Below are positions 33,968-43,191 of a stretch of DNA of 64,000 nt, piece after piece. Position numbers and translations under genes: made by a program. The stretch covers positions 128,404 to 192,403 of the forward strand of contig JAGRNT010000005.1 of NCBI GenBank assembly GCA_020440605.1. The letters are read 5' to 3'. The first letter of the stretch is position 1; every line of letters begins with the position of its first letter. The notes under the pieces are model-generated. The model was not told the DNA's origin, did no database searches, and saw only the letters and a list, made by a program, of their open reading frames with translations. This DNA is from a bacterium. GTDB lineage: Bacteria; 4484-113; JAFGCY01.

Positions 33968-34450
33968 TCAGGAGTCCAGCGGGCTGGTGCCGGGCCAGCT
34001 GCCGTCGTAGGCGAAGACCGAGAGCACGCTGACCCCGCTCTCCACATCGAGGTGCAGCTGCGTGATGTAGCGCCCGTCGGCGGAGATGTACTCACGCGTG
34101 AGCGGCTTGTCCCAGTTGAGTTGGTAGCCGAGCGGCTCATGCTGCAGGGCGAAGCCGGCCAGCTGCTGCTCCCAGCTCACTTCGCTCGTGAAGGCCACGC
34201 TCCACATCTTCCCGCTGTTCTCGCTGCGCTCATTGAAGGCCAGGCCGCTGGCCTGGTAGGGGTTGCCCTCATCGCTGGGGAAGGCCCCGGGCAGGCTGGC
34301 CGGGCGGCTGTCCTCCGGCACGCTGATCTGCGCCAGCGGCCATTTGTAGGGCATCGGGAAGGGGGCCGCGGCACTGGCCTGCTGGTGGGCACGGTTGCAG
34401 CCGGCCAGCAGCAGGCAGGCGGCGATGATCACTGGGCAGAGGCGCGGCAC
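33968..34450 (-). CDS. lipoprotein, hypothetical
   Basis: MPRLCPVIIAACLLLAGCNRA has a lipobox. GTG-type start per the track. Confidence 0.5.
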   Translation of the reverse strand: MPRLCPVIIAACLLLAGCNRAHQQASAAAPFPMPYKWPLAQISVPEDSRPASLPGAFPSDEGNPYQASGLAFNERSENSGKMWSVAFTSEVSWEQQLAGFALQHEPLGYQLNWDKPLTREYISADGRYITQLHLDVESGVSVLSVFAYDGSWPGTSPLDS

Positions 34451-34519
34451 AGCTACATCTTACCCTGACCCGGCCCGGGACTGGCGGCGCACAGATGTTG
34501 TAGGTATAATCTTCGTCCT

Positions 34520-35827
34520 ATGTTCAACAAGATGCAGGATCGCATCCTCGGGGCACTCAAGAACATGGCCAAGAGTGGCCGCCTGAGTGAAGCGGATGTC
34601 GACAAGGGGCTCAGGGAGATCCGCCTGGCACTGCTGGAAGCGGACGTCAACCTTGAGGTAACCAAGAAGTTCATCAACCGAGTGAAGCAGAAGGCCGTCG
34701 GCCAGGATGTACTCGGCCAGCTCAATCCGGTGGACACGCTCGTGATGATCGTGTACGAGGAGCTCACCGAGCTGCTCGGCGGCAAGGAGTACGACCCGAA
34801 GTTCGCGCCCGGTGTGAAGCGGATCATGATGGTCGGTCTGCAGGGCAGTGGTAAGACCACGACCTCGGGCAAGCTCGCCAACCGCTTCAAGAGCGAGGGC
34901 AGGAAGCCGCTGCTGATCGCCGCTGACCTCAGCCGCCCGGCGGCCGTGGACCAGCTGCAGGTGCTCGGCAAGCAGATCCATGTGGATGTGTTCGCTGATC
35001 CGAAGAGCAACCCGGTGGAGCTTGCGAAGAACGGCCTGAAGCAGGGCGACAAGGACAGCAACACCCCGGTGATCATCGACACCGCGGGCCGGCTGGCGAT
35101 CGACGAGGAGCTGATGGAGGAGCTGGTGCAGGTCAAGGCGGCCTTCCAGCCCGATGAGATCCTGCTCGTGGTGGATGCCCTGACCGGCCAGGACGCCGTG
35201 GAGACCGCCCAGCGCTTCAACGAGAAGCTGGACATCACCGGCATCGTGCTCACCAAGATGGACGGCGACGCCCGCGGTGGTGCGGCGATGTCCATGAGCA
35301 GCGTGACCGGCAAGCCGATCCGCCTGACCGGTACCGGCGAGAAGCTGGACGCGCTGGAGTACTTCTTCCCGGACCGCATGGCGAGCCGCATCCTTGGACG
35401 CGGTGACATCGCCAGCCTGATCGAGAAGGCCAGCAAGGAATTCGACGATGAGGATGCGGAGAAGCTTGAGAAGAAGCTCCGGCGCCAGAAGACCTTCGAC
35501 CTCGAGGACTTCATCGTGGCCCTGCGCCAGACCCGGCGCATGGGCAGCATGAAGTCACTGCTGAACATGATCCCCGGCGTGCGCGTGAGTGATGAACAGG
35601 CCGAGGCGGGTGAGAAGCAGCTCCGGAAGTTCGAGGCCATCGTGAATTCGATGACCCGCCAGGAGCGCCTCAACCCGAAGCTGCTGAATGCCAGCCGCCG
35701 CCGCCGCATCGCGATGGGCAGCGGGACCTCGGTGCAGGACATCAACAGCTTCATCAACAACTTCAAGCAGATGCAGCGCATGACGAGCACGATGCTCAAC
35801 AGCGGCGCCTTCAAGCGCATGCGCTAG
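34520..35827 (+). CDS. ffh: signal recognition particle protein Ffh
   Basis: N domain, G domain with GLQGSGKTTTSGKLA, DTAGR and TKMDGD. The M domain is Met-rich. TATAAT 9 nt upstream of the ATG. Confidence 0.9.
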   Translation: MFNKMQDRILGALKNMAKSGRLSEADVDKGLREIRLALLEADVNLEVTKKFINRVKQKAVGQDVLGQLNPVDTLVMIVYEELTELLGGKEYDPKFAPGVKRIMMVGLQGSGKTTTSGKLANRFKSEGRKPLLIAADLSRPAAVDQLQVLGKQIHVDVFADPKSNPVELAKNGLKQGDKDSNTPVIIDTAGRLAIDEELMEELVQVKAAFQPDEILLVVDALTGQDAVETAQRFNEKLDITGIVLTKMDGDARGGAAMSMSSVTGKPIRLTGTGEKLDALEYFFPDRMASRILGRGDIASLIEKASKEFDDEDAEKLEKKLRRQKTFDLEDFIVALRQTRRMGSMKSLLNMIPGVRVSDEQAEAGEKQLRKFEAIVNSMTRQERLNPKLLNASRRRRIAMGSGTSVQDINSFINNFKQMQRMTSTMLNSGAFKRMR

Positions 35828-36080
35828 AAGAGGGGTGTAGGAGCTGGGGTGTAGGGTGTAGCAGAAGGGGTCTAGTGGGCAGGAGGTGCGACTTTAGTCG
35901 CACAATATTCCTTGTCTGCTAACTGCCGGCCTGGTACGGAATTCGGAGTTCATTGTGCGACAGCAAGTGTCGCACCTCCTGAAGTTTCGCTGCACCCTGC
36001 AACCAGTACCCAGTAACCAGAGCCAGGCTTGCAGCCTGGCCTCCGCTACACCCTAGCTCCAAGCTCCTATATCCTCGGCG
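35825..36080. repeat. MITE-like element, family A arms around a palindromic core
   Basis: Left arm ggggtgtaggagctggggtgtagggtgtagc and right arm gctacaccctagctccaagctcctatatcc. Core contains ggaggtgcgactttagtcgcac … gtgcgacagcaagtgtcgcacctcc. Confidence 0.4.
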
Positions 36081-36094
36081 GCTGGAAGCCGCCG

Positions 36095-36604
36095 CTACAG
36101 TTCGTAGCTGGCGTTCCGCGCCTCGCTGTGGCCGGGCAGTTCGTTATGCACGATCAGGCGCGGGCAGCTGGCCCACTTCGCCGCGAGATCCGCGGCCAGG
36201 AACTGCTTCAGTGGCTCGGGCTGGAAGTTCGCGGCCAGCAGCTCCTCCGGCGTCAGCAGCTCCGGGGAGATCATCTCCTCCGTGTCCGGCGTGAGCTGGC
36301 TGAGCAGGTCACCCTCGATCGGGCGCAGCGGATGGCAGAGGAAGTAGTAGCCGATCTCATGCAGCTTGCTGCCCTGCCGCGCCCAGTAGTTCTCCATCAG
36401 GTACAGCAGCTTGACCGGCGCTACATCAAGCCCGACCTCCTCGCGCACCTCGCGCACCACGCTGTCGATCATCGGCTCGCCGACCTTCATGTGCCCGCCC
36501 AGCAGGTTGTGGAAGGGTGCACGCTTGCCGTCGTCAAGCACGGTCACGAGGAACTTGCCCTCATGCACGATCACGGCGCGGGCGATCAGGTTCAGTCCGA
36601 ACAT
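36095..36604 (-). CDS. NUDIX hydrolase
   Basis: Nudix box GGHMKVGEPMIDSVVREVREEVGL. Confidence 0.75.
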   Translation of the reverse strand: MFGLNLIARAVIVHEGKFLVTVLDDGKRAPFHNLLGGHMKVGEPMIDSVVREVREEVGLDVAPVKLLYLMENYWARQGSKLHEIGYYFLCHPLRPIEGDLLSQLTPDTEEMISPELLTPEELLAANFQPEPLKQFLAADLAAKWASCPRLIVHNELPGHSEARNASYEL

Positions 36605-36758
36605 CGCTCAAGTGTAGCACCGCCGTAATGAGACACTGCAGGCCGCATCCCAGCTGGTTTAACCACAATTTAACTTTGACAACTCGATTCAAAAATCAGG
36701 CGAATTCTGCTAGGCTTTGTGTGCCGTGAAACGGCGAAGGAAGAGGGAGCTCGTCGGG

Positions 36759-37133
36759 ATGACAACGATTGCCAAGAACAAACACGTGACGGTCATATCC
36801 AACTTCTCGGTCAATCCGGGGGACCAGGACCGCCTGCTCAACCATCTCGTGGACGCCTTCAGCCGCGTGATCAGCAAGCAGCCGGGATTCATCGCCGCCA
36901 ACTTCCACAAGAGCCAGGACGGCACGAAGGTCGTCAACTACGCGCAGTGGGAAAGCCGCGAGGACTTCTACGCCTACCTCGAGAAGCCGCTGGCCTGGGC
37001 CACGGTGCGCGAAGCACTCAAGCTTGGGCATGCGGAGTACAACGTCTACGACGTATATGAGATCGTGGAGCGTGATCCCGGCAGCGGTGTTGAGACCCGC
37101 GTGGTGGAGGCCTCCGAAGTCAACAGCTACTGA
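36759..37133 (+). CDS. antibiotic-biosynthesis-monooxygenase (ABM/Dabb)-like small protein
   Basis: ATG 36759 after a GAAGGAAGAGGGAG RBS. About 125 aa with a ferredoxin-like pattern (VTVISNFSV…GFIAANFHKSQDGTKVVNYAQWES). Confidence 0.45.
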   Translation: MTTIAKNKHVTVISNFSVNPGDQDRLLNHLVDAFSRVISKQPGFIAANFHKSQDGTKVVNYAQWESREDFYAYLEKPLAWATVREALKLGHAEYNVYDVYEIVERDPGSGVETRVVEASEVNSY

Positions 37134-37141
37134 GCCGCGGC

Positions 37142-38056
37142 TCAGTCCTGATCCTCATCACGCTCCACCGGAGTGATCTCCGGGCGGTTGCCCGGCTCCT
37201 TCGGCAGATTCCAGAGCTTGGCCACGAACTCACTCTTGCGCCGTGCGCTCATCTTGCTGACCTCACCCAGATGGCTGTCCTGGTTCCAGCCACCGCTCCT
37301 GAGCATCTTGCGCAGCACCCGCATCTCACCCTTCGAGAATGTGCGTGAATTGAGGATGTGCTCCTCGAAGGCCTCAAACGCCACGGGGCAGACACGCCGC
37401 GCGCATTCCGCCAGCGCCTCGGCGTAGACCCGGATCTCATACTGCGCATGCGGGTCGAGGCGCAGGCGCAGGAAGTGGAAGAGGTTGTGCAGGTCGATCT
37501 GCCAGTACCACTCCGTATAAAGCGAAAGCGGCAGGTTGAGCCGTGCCAGCTCGCGGGCCATGCCCTGCTCCACCATTTCCTCATAGTGGCCGTAGAGCCG
37601 CTGCTGGTCGCCCTCGATTTCACCGACCATCCGCGCCGCGTAGTCCGCCGGCATGCTGTCGCCGCTGCCCTGCTTGTTGTCGGCGCTCTGGTACTGGATC
37701 CGCGCGCTGTCCGGGACGTAGAACTCGTCCGTCATGATGCTGTAGCGCCCGCTCACCTCATTCAGGCGGGCCGTGCGGTGCCGCACCCACTGGCGGGCCA
37801 CGAAGATCGGCATCTTGCAGTGGAAGGTCATCTGCACCTGCTCGAAGGGGCTGGTATGCCAGTTGCGCAGCAGGTAGTTGATCAGGCCCTTGTCCTCGCG
37901 CACGCTCTTGGTGCCGGCACCGTAGCTCACGCGTGCGCTCTGCACGATGCTGTGGTCGCCGCCCATGTAGTCCACCAGGCGTACGAAGCCGCGGTCGAGC
38001 ACCTTGAACTGCTTGTTGAGGATCGCGTCGGCGGCCGGGACGTTCTTGCGGGGCAT
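37142..38056 (-). CDS. thyX: FAD-dependent thymidylate synthase ThyX
   Basis: ThyX motif RHRTARLNEVSGRYS. The first ATG is at 38054-38056; the track start is GTG at 38074. Confidence 0.85.
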   Translation of the reverse strand: MPRKNVPAADAILNKQFKVLDRGFVRLVDYMGGDHSIVQSARVSYGAGTKSVREDKGLINYLLRNWHTSPFEQVQMTFHCKMPIFVARQWVRHRTARLNEVSGRYSIMTDEFYVPDSARIQYQSADNKQGSGDSMPADYAARMVGEIEGDQQRLYGHYEEMVEQGMARELARLNLPLSLYTEWYWQIDLHNLFHFLRLRLDPHAQYEIRVYAEALAECARRVCPVAFEAFEEHILNSRTFSKGEMRVLRKMLRSGGWNQDSHLGEVSKMSARRKSEFVAKLWNLPKEPGNRPEITPVERDEDQD

Positions 38057-38179
38057 CAGAAAATTATATGACACAAACCTGCGTCACACCCGCTGGGGCA
38101 GGCAGCCGGGCCTGGACCCTGCGGCAGGCAGGGCAGGCCGGAGGCTGCTAACATAGGCTCCTGTTCTGAAGGCACACAC

Positions 38180-39865
38180 ATGGACAATTCTGATCTGACT
38201 CCCCGGCTGGACTGGCCGGAACTGAAGTCGCAGCTCGAGGAGCTCTGCGACGAGACTCCCTCGGCGGAAAGCGTCGACGCATGGCTGAAGCGCTGGACCG
38301 AACTGGCCGCTCAGCTCAGCGAATACGGCACGCTCACGCATCTGGCGACCATGGTCGACACCCGGGATGCGGAGGCCCAGCAGCGCTACCGCGACTACAT
38401 CGACGAAATCGATCCGCAGGCCAAGGAGCTGGACCAGCGCCTCAAGCAGGTGCTGCTGGACAGCGGCGTGGTTCCGGCAGGGATGGAGATCCCGCTGCGC
38501 CGGCTGCGAAGTGAGGCCGAGCTGTTCCGCGAGGAGAACCTGCCGCTGCAGGCCCAGCTGGCCAAGCTCGGGATGGAATACAACGAGATCTGCGGCAACT
38601 GGAGCGTGGACTGGGAAGGCCGGCAGGTGCCGATCGCGGCGCTGCGCCGCCACGTGGAAAGCAATGATCGCAGCGTGCGGGAGAAGGCCTGGCGCCTCGG
38701 GGCTGAGCGCATGAAGCAGGACCGCGCGCGGCTCAGTGAGATCTGGGCTGAGATGCTGGAGCTGCGCCTGCAGATCGCGCGCAATGCCGGCTTTGACAAC
38801 TTCACGGACTACTCCTGGCAGAGCTGGGGCCGGCATGACTACACTCCCGGGGATGCCCGCACCTTCCAGCAGGCCGTGCTGGAGGTCGTGACCCCGGCAC
38901 TCAGCCGCCAGCTGGCAGAGCGCCGCACGAGCCTCGGGATCGGGAGCCTGCGCCCCTGGGATCTGACCTGTGACAGTGAGGGCCGGGCCCCGCTGCAGCC
39001 CTTCGCCGATGCAGCTGAGCTGGAGAGCCGCACGCAGGAGGTCTTCTCGCGCCTGGATGGCCGGCTCGGCGGCTGGGTCGGCGAGATGGCCGGCAGCCGG
39101 ATGTTCGATCTCGCCAACCGCGAGGGCAAGGCCCCGGGCGGCTTCATGACCGTGCTGGCCGAGCGCTGGCAGCCCTTCATCTTCATGAACGCCGTGGGCA
39201 TGAGCCAGGACGTGCGGATCATGCTGCATGAATGCGGCCACGCCTTTCATGTCTACCAGACCGCTGATCTGCCCTACATGCAGCAGCGCGACGTGCCGAT
39301 GGAATTCGCGGAGGTTGCCAGCATGTCGATGGAGCTGCTGGCCGCGCCATACCTGACTGCCGACCAGGGCGGATTCTACAGCGCGGAGGATCATGCCCGC
39401 GACCACAGCACGCAGCTGGAGTACATCATATTCACCTGGGTGATGATCGCCGTCGGCGATGCGCTGCAGCACTGGATCTACAGCAACCCGGAGCAGGCGA
39501 AGGATGCCGCGAATGTTTCGGCGAAGTACCTCGAACTGTTCCAGCGCTACTACCCCGAAGTTGACATCAGCGGTCTGGAGGATGAAGCGGCCTGGAACTG
39601 GCAGCGCGTGCTGCACTTCTTCCTCTATCCGTTCTACTACATTGACTACGGCCTGGCGCAGCTGGGCGCGGTGCAGATCTGGGCCAACTCGCTTAAGGAT
39701 GAGAAGCAGGCGGTGACGCAGTACCTCAGCGGCCTGGCGCTCGGCGGTACGGCGAGCCTGCCGCAGCTCTTCGAGACTGCGGGTGCGCACTTCGGCTTTG
39801 ACAACGCCACCTTCGGGAATGCCGTGGGCATCATCGAGGACCGCCTCCGGCAGATGAAGGGCTAG
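38180..39865 (+). CDS. M3 family oligoendopeptidase (PepF-like)
   Basis: Zinc site HECGHAFH plus a downstream Glu. 561 aa, the length of oligoendopeptidase F. Confidence 0.85.
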   Translation: MDNSDLTPRLDWPELKSQLEELCDETPSAESVDAWLKRWTELAAQLSEYGTLTHLATMVDTRDAEAQQRYRDYIDEIDPQAKELDQRLKQVLLDSGVVPAGMEIPLRRLRSEAELFREENLPLQAQLAKLGMEYNEICGNWSVDWEGRQVPIAALRRHVESNDRSVREKAWRLGAERMKQDRARLSEIWAEMLELRLQIARNAGFDNFTDYSWQSWGRHDYTPGDARTFQQAVLEVVTPALSRQLAERRTSLGIGSLRPWDLTCDSEGRAPLQPFADAAELESRTQEVFSRLDGRLGGWVGEMAGSRMFDLANREGKAPGGFMTVLAERWQPFIFMNAVGMSQDVRIMLHECGHAFHVYQTADLPYMQQRDVPMEFAEVASMSMELLAAPYLTADQGGFYSAEDHARDHSTQLEYIIFTWVMIAVGDALQHWIYSNPEQAKDAANVSAKYLELFQRYYPEVDISGLEDEAAWNWQRVLHFFLYPFYYIDYGLAQLGAVQIWANSLKDEKQAVTQYLSGLALGGTASLPQLFETAGAHFGFDNATFGNAVGIIEDRLRQMKG

Positions 39866-39982
39866 GGGAGGCCCGGAGCGATCCGGGCAAGGAGGCCGAG
39901 CAGTAAGCCTGGCAATGGAGCTGCGGCGCTGGTCACACAACGCAGCTCCTCCGGGAAGCCGCGAAGTATAGCTTCGCAGGCA

Positions 39983-40360
39983 CTAGCCTCCGCTCACGTA
40001 GTCCCGCGCGGCGTGGATCATTTCCTCTTCGGCGCGGATCGCGTCCAGATCGTCATTGTCAATATAGATCCAGCCCTTCATCGGCTTGCCGGCCCCCATC
40101 GGCTCGAAGGGCCGCGCGCGTCCCTCGGCCAGCATGTCGTTGGCAAGTTCCACGGGCAGCTTGAGCGTGATCCCGTTCTCGAAGGCCGAGGTGAACAGCT
40201 TCTTCTTCCCCGCCACCATCACATACCAGGAAGGATGGCCCATCATCTGGCCGCGGATGATGTTGTCGTCATCCGCGAACAGATCATCGAGCATGGCCGC
40301 GACATCCTCACGGTAGCCATGCCAGTCTGAGTTCTGCTTCTTCTTCGTTGCCACGGACAT
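39983..40360 (-). CDS. hypothetical protein (possibly TfoX-N/YjbR-like fold)
   Basis: 125 aa, AGGAG RBS. GKKKLFTSAFENGITLKLPVE weakly resembles the TfoX N-terminal domain. Confidence 0.4.
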   Translation of the reverse strand: MSVATKKKQNSDWHGYREDVAAMLDDLFADDDNIIRGQMMGHPSWYVMVAGKKKLFTSAFENGITLKLPVELANDMLAEGRARPFEPMGAGKPMKGWIYIDNDDLDAIRAEEEMIHAARDYVSGG

Positions 40361-40363
40361 ACT

Positions 40364-40462
40364 CCTGTAACTTCAGCGCGACCCGGATGCGCGGATGCGC
40401 AGCCGCAGCGCCAGACCGTCGAACACTCGTGTGAGATGGCAAATCATTCCGCCTGAAGGCCC
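40364..40462. repeat. direct-repeat modules X (cagcgcgacccggatgcgc…agccgcagcgccagaccgtc) and Y (cgcctgaaggcccggctacctgt), copy 1
   Basis: The same two modules recur in swapped order at 40947-41018, flanking the VOC gene 40501-40878. Confidence 0.4.
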
Positions 40463-40500
40463 GGCTACCTGTCTTCTGCTTCTCATTCTGTTCCTGTTTC

Positions 40501-40878
40501 TCAATTTCCTCTGCGCTGGTTCGTGCTGAACAGGCCGACATGGTTGCCATGCGGGTCCTCGAAGGAGGCCCACCATCCGAAGCCGGTGTCCTCGGCCCCG
40601 ATGTGCAGACGCTCGGTCAGGACTTTCCCGCCGAGCTGCCTGACCATGGCCAGCCGGGCCTCAAGGTCCTCGACCTTCACGAAGATCACCGGTCCGGCCT
40701 GCGGGCTTGGTTCTCGGCCGGTGGTGAAGCCGCCGCCCAGTCCGTGCTCGCCGTCATTGAAGAGCAGGTAGCTATCGGTGTTGGGCACGAAGCTCCAGCC
40801 GAACAGGCTGCCGTAGAAGTCCTGCGACTCGGTCAGGCTGCGTGAGGGAATGTTGATGTGGCAGATGCTGTCGGGCAT
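40501..40878 (-). CDS. VOC family protein (glyoxalase/bleomycin-resistance fold)
   Basis: ICHINIPSRSLTESQDFYGSLFGW…HGNHVGLFS. GAGGAA RBS. Confidence 0.7.
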   Translation of the reverse strand: MPDSICHINIPSRSLTESQDFYGSLFGWSFVPNTDSYLLFNDGEHGLGGGFTTGREPSPQAGPVIFVKVEDLEARLAMVRQLGGKVLTERLHIGAEDTGFGWWASFEDPHGNHVGLFSTNQRRGN

Positions 40879-40946
40879 ATGTTCCTCGGCTCCGGTTTGA
40901 TGATTCCGTTGGCAGGTCGTCTATGGCCTGTGCGTCAAACGTGCTG

Positions 40947-41018
40947 CGCCTGAAGGCCCGGCTACCTGTATCGCACCATCAGCGCGACCCGGATGCGCAG
41001 CCGCAGCGCCAGACCGTC
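40947..41018. repeat. direct-repeat modules Y then X, copy 2
   Basis: Near-identical to the 40364-40462 modules but in the order Y…X. Confidence 0.4.
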
Positions 41019-41044
41019 AAGCCCCTGGGCGAGACGGCAACACA

Positions 41045-41560
41045 CTATGCCAATGTACCACCGGGACGGACTGCGTTGTCAACTGCGCGGTCCTCGGCAT
41101 GCTCCTTCAGGCGCCTGCCGATCAGCTCCGTCCAGCCCTCAACATAGCCGGAGTGCGCATCCTCGCTGTACTGATTGAAGCAGTGGTGGCTGAGCTTCAG
41201 CACGGTGCCATTGCCATCTTCGGCATCCGCGAACACCAGCCGGAACATCCCGGCCCCGCTCCACATCACGCCCTCTGGAATCGAGAAGCTGATCATCCGC
41301 CCCGGGCTCAGGCTCTGCACGAAGGCCCAGAGGCAGCCGCCGCCACCCTCCCAGACCTCCAGCAGCCGTCCGCCGGGCTGCTGCTCGATCACGATCTCCG
41401 TAGTGCGCGGACCGCCCATTACCCAGTCGCGGCTCCACCACTGCGATATCCCGTTGACATAACAGTCGTAGACATGCGCGGGCGGAGCGGCGATTGTCAG
41501 CTCCTGCTCGATCTCCACGCTGGCAAGTTCAACCCTGTTCGTGCGTCCCTCGATCTGCAT
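41045..41560 (-). CDS. SRPBCC family protein (Aha1/AHSA1-like)
   Basis: ATG at 41558-41560 (MQIEGRTNRVELASVEIEQELTIAAPPAHVYDCYVNGISQWW…). Confidence 0.65.
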   Translation of the reverse strand: MQIEGRTNRVELASVEIEQELTIAAPPAHVYDCYVNGISQWWSRDWVMGGPRTTEIVIEQQPGGRLLEVWEGGGGCLWAFVQSLSPGRMISFSIPEGVMWSGAGMFRLVFADAEDGNGTVLKLSHHCFNQYSEDAHSGYVEGWTELIGRRLKEHAEDRAVDNAVRPGGTLA

Positions 41561-41561
41561 G

Positions 41562-42194
41562 CTAGTCCCGGTCCTCATACTCCACTGGGGCAATCCCCGC
41601 AGGGATCACGGCATCAGCGATGTCCTCGCCGGCGCAGTAGCGGCGGAAGTTCTCGGCAACGAGCTTCGTCCAGCCCATGGCGTAACCCTCCGCGCCGTCT
41701 ATCTCCGCATCGTACTGCTGGAAGGCGCGGTGCTCCAGACGGAAATCCGTGCCACCCTCCGCCCCCGGGCTGAAGCTGACATTGATCGAACCGGCCCCGC
41801 TCCAGAAGCTGCCCTCCGGCACGCTCATACCGAGGTAGCTGCCGGGGATCACCTGGATCACATTGGCCCAGAGGCTTTCGCCGTTCTCGTCAATCTCCAG
41901 CAGGCGTCCGCCGGCATAGGCCTCAAGCTGCATGTTGAGGCAGCCCGCGCCGCCCATCGTGAAGTCGCGGCTCCACCAGCCGGAGGTCTCCGCGGTGAAC
42001 AGCTCATAGACATCCCAGGGCTCGCGCTCCAGGTGCATTGTCAGCGTCACGCCGGCATCTCCGACCGTGGTTTCCTGCCAGGCGGTTTCCAGCATGTAGG
42101 GCTGGCCTGTTTTTCCCTCGCCATCCTGCGCGAGCGCCACTCCCGGGATTGCCAGACTGATGAGCAGCAGCGCGCTTGCGATCCGTGTTCCCAT
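41562..42194 (-). CDS. SRPBCC family protein with signal peptide
   Basis: MGTRIASALLLISLAIPGVALAQDGEG signal peptide, then the Aha1-like core (…YELFTAETSGWWSRDF…). Confidence 0.65.
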   Translation of the reverse strand: MGTRIASALLLISLAIPGVALAQDGEGKTGQPYMLETAWQETTVGDAGVTLTMHLEREPWDVYELFTAETSGWWSRDFTMGGAGCLNMQLEAYAGGRLLEIDENGESLWANVIQVIPGSYLGMSVPEGSFWSGAGSINVSFSPGAEGGTDFRLEHRAFQQYDAEIDGAEGYAMGWTKLVAENFRRYCAGEDIADAVIPAGIAPVEYEDRD

Positions 42195-42220
42195 TGTCAA
42201 CTCCTTCGGGCCGGCGCGGC

Positions 42221-42748
42221 TCAGGCCTGCTGCCGGGCCCATTGCGGCTCATGACCGAGCCCCTGTCTTGTTCCATTCTCGCACCATTCCCGCAGCCGGC
42301 CACCCAGCAGATCATTCCAGCCGGTGTAGTAATTGTCCTGGCGTTCCTTCCCGAAGGGGCCGTGGGCACGGTGGCGGAACTTCAGCAGGGTGCCGCCCTG
42401 GCCGTCATCCGCGAGGCTGTAGCTCCAGTTGCCGGTGGCGGGCCACTGCAGGCCGCAGCTGCCCTCCAGCTCCAGATAGCTGTCCGGTGTCAGACCGCCG
42501 ACGATGCCCCACAGCACCTGCGTGCCGTCGGCACCCTTCTCCAGCATCGCCCCTCCGGCCCGCAGTTCGACCAGGATCTCCTGTGTGTCATCACAGCAGA
42601 GGTAGGGCGCTCCCCACCAGGCCTGGATCTCCTCCGTGAGTGCGCGCCAGACCCGCTTGGGCGGTGCGGCAATCGTGTACTCCGCCTGCACATCCATCAG
42701 GTTGAAGCTGACAGCGGGCAGGCTGCCTTCACTGTGTGTTTCAGACAA
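42221..42748 (-). CDS. SRPBCC family protein
   Basis: TTG start with an AAGGAG SD (the first ATG is 51 nt downstream). …YTIAAPPKRVWRALTEEIQAWWG…. Confidence 0.6.
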   Translation of the reverse strand: MSETHSEGSLPAVSFNLMDVQAEYTIAAPPKRVWRALTEEIQAWWGAPYLCCDDTQEILVELRAGGAMLEKGADGTQVLWGIVGGLTPDSYLELEGSCGLQWPATGNWSYSLADDGQGGTLLKFRHRAHGPFGKERQDNYYTGWNDLLGGRLREWCENGTRQGLGHEPQWARQQA

Positions 42749-42771
42749 TCCGTACTCCTTGGCAATGAACC

Positions 42772-43131
42772 CTAGGGATGGCCCGGCGGGTTCTGGTGCA
42801 GGCCGACGATGTTGCCACTGGGGTCCCTGAAGAAGGCGGACCAGCCGACATCCGGGCTGATCTCCTTTTTCGGCACGACCACCGTGCCACCCAGCTCGGT
42901 GACCTTCGCGAGAACTGCGTCGATGTCGTCAACATTCACGTAGACCACAGTCTGCGGTGTGCCCTCCGGGCAGTTCTCACGGAAGCCACCACCGGGGCCG
43001 CTCTCCGGCATCCAGACCTCGTAGCCCGGCATGAAGGACTGCATCTTCCAGCCGAACAGGCCCGAGTAGAACTCAGCCTGGGCCTTGTTGTCAGCGGATG
43101 CGAATTCAATCCAGTCGATATGGTGTGCCAT
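42772..43131 (-). CDS. VOC family protein
   Basis: ATG at 43129-43131 (MAHHIDWIEFASADNKAQAEFYSGLFGW…DPSGNIVGLHQ). Confidence 0.7.
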   Translation of the reverse strand: MAHHIDWIEFASADNKAQAEFYSGLFGWKMQSFMPGYEVWMPESGPGGGFRENCPEGTPQTVVYVNVDDIDAVLAKVTELGGTVVVPKKEISPDVGWSAFFRDPSGNIVGLHQNPPGHP

Positions 43132-43191
43132 CTCTGTTCTCCCTGTGCAGCGGAAGCGGTGCACGGCTGCACACCGCTTCCCTGCCGAGTG

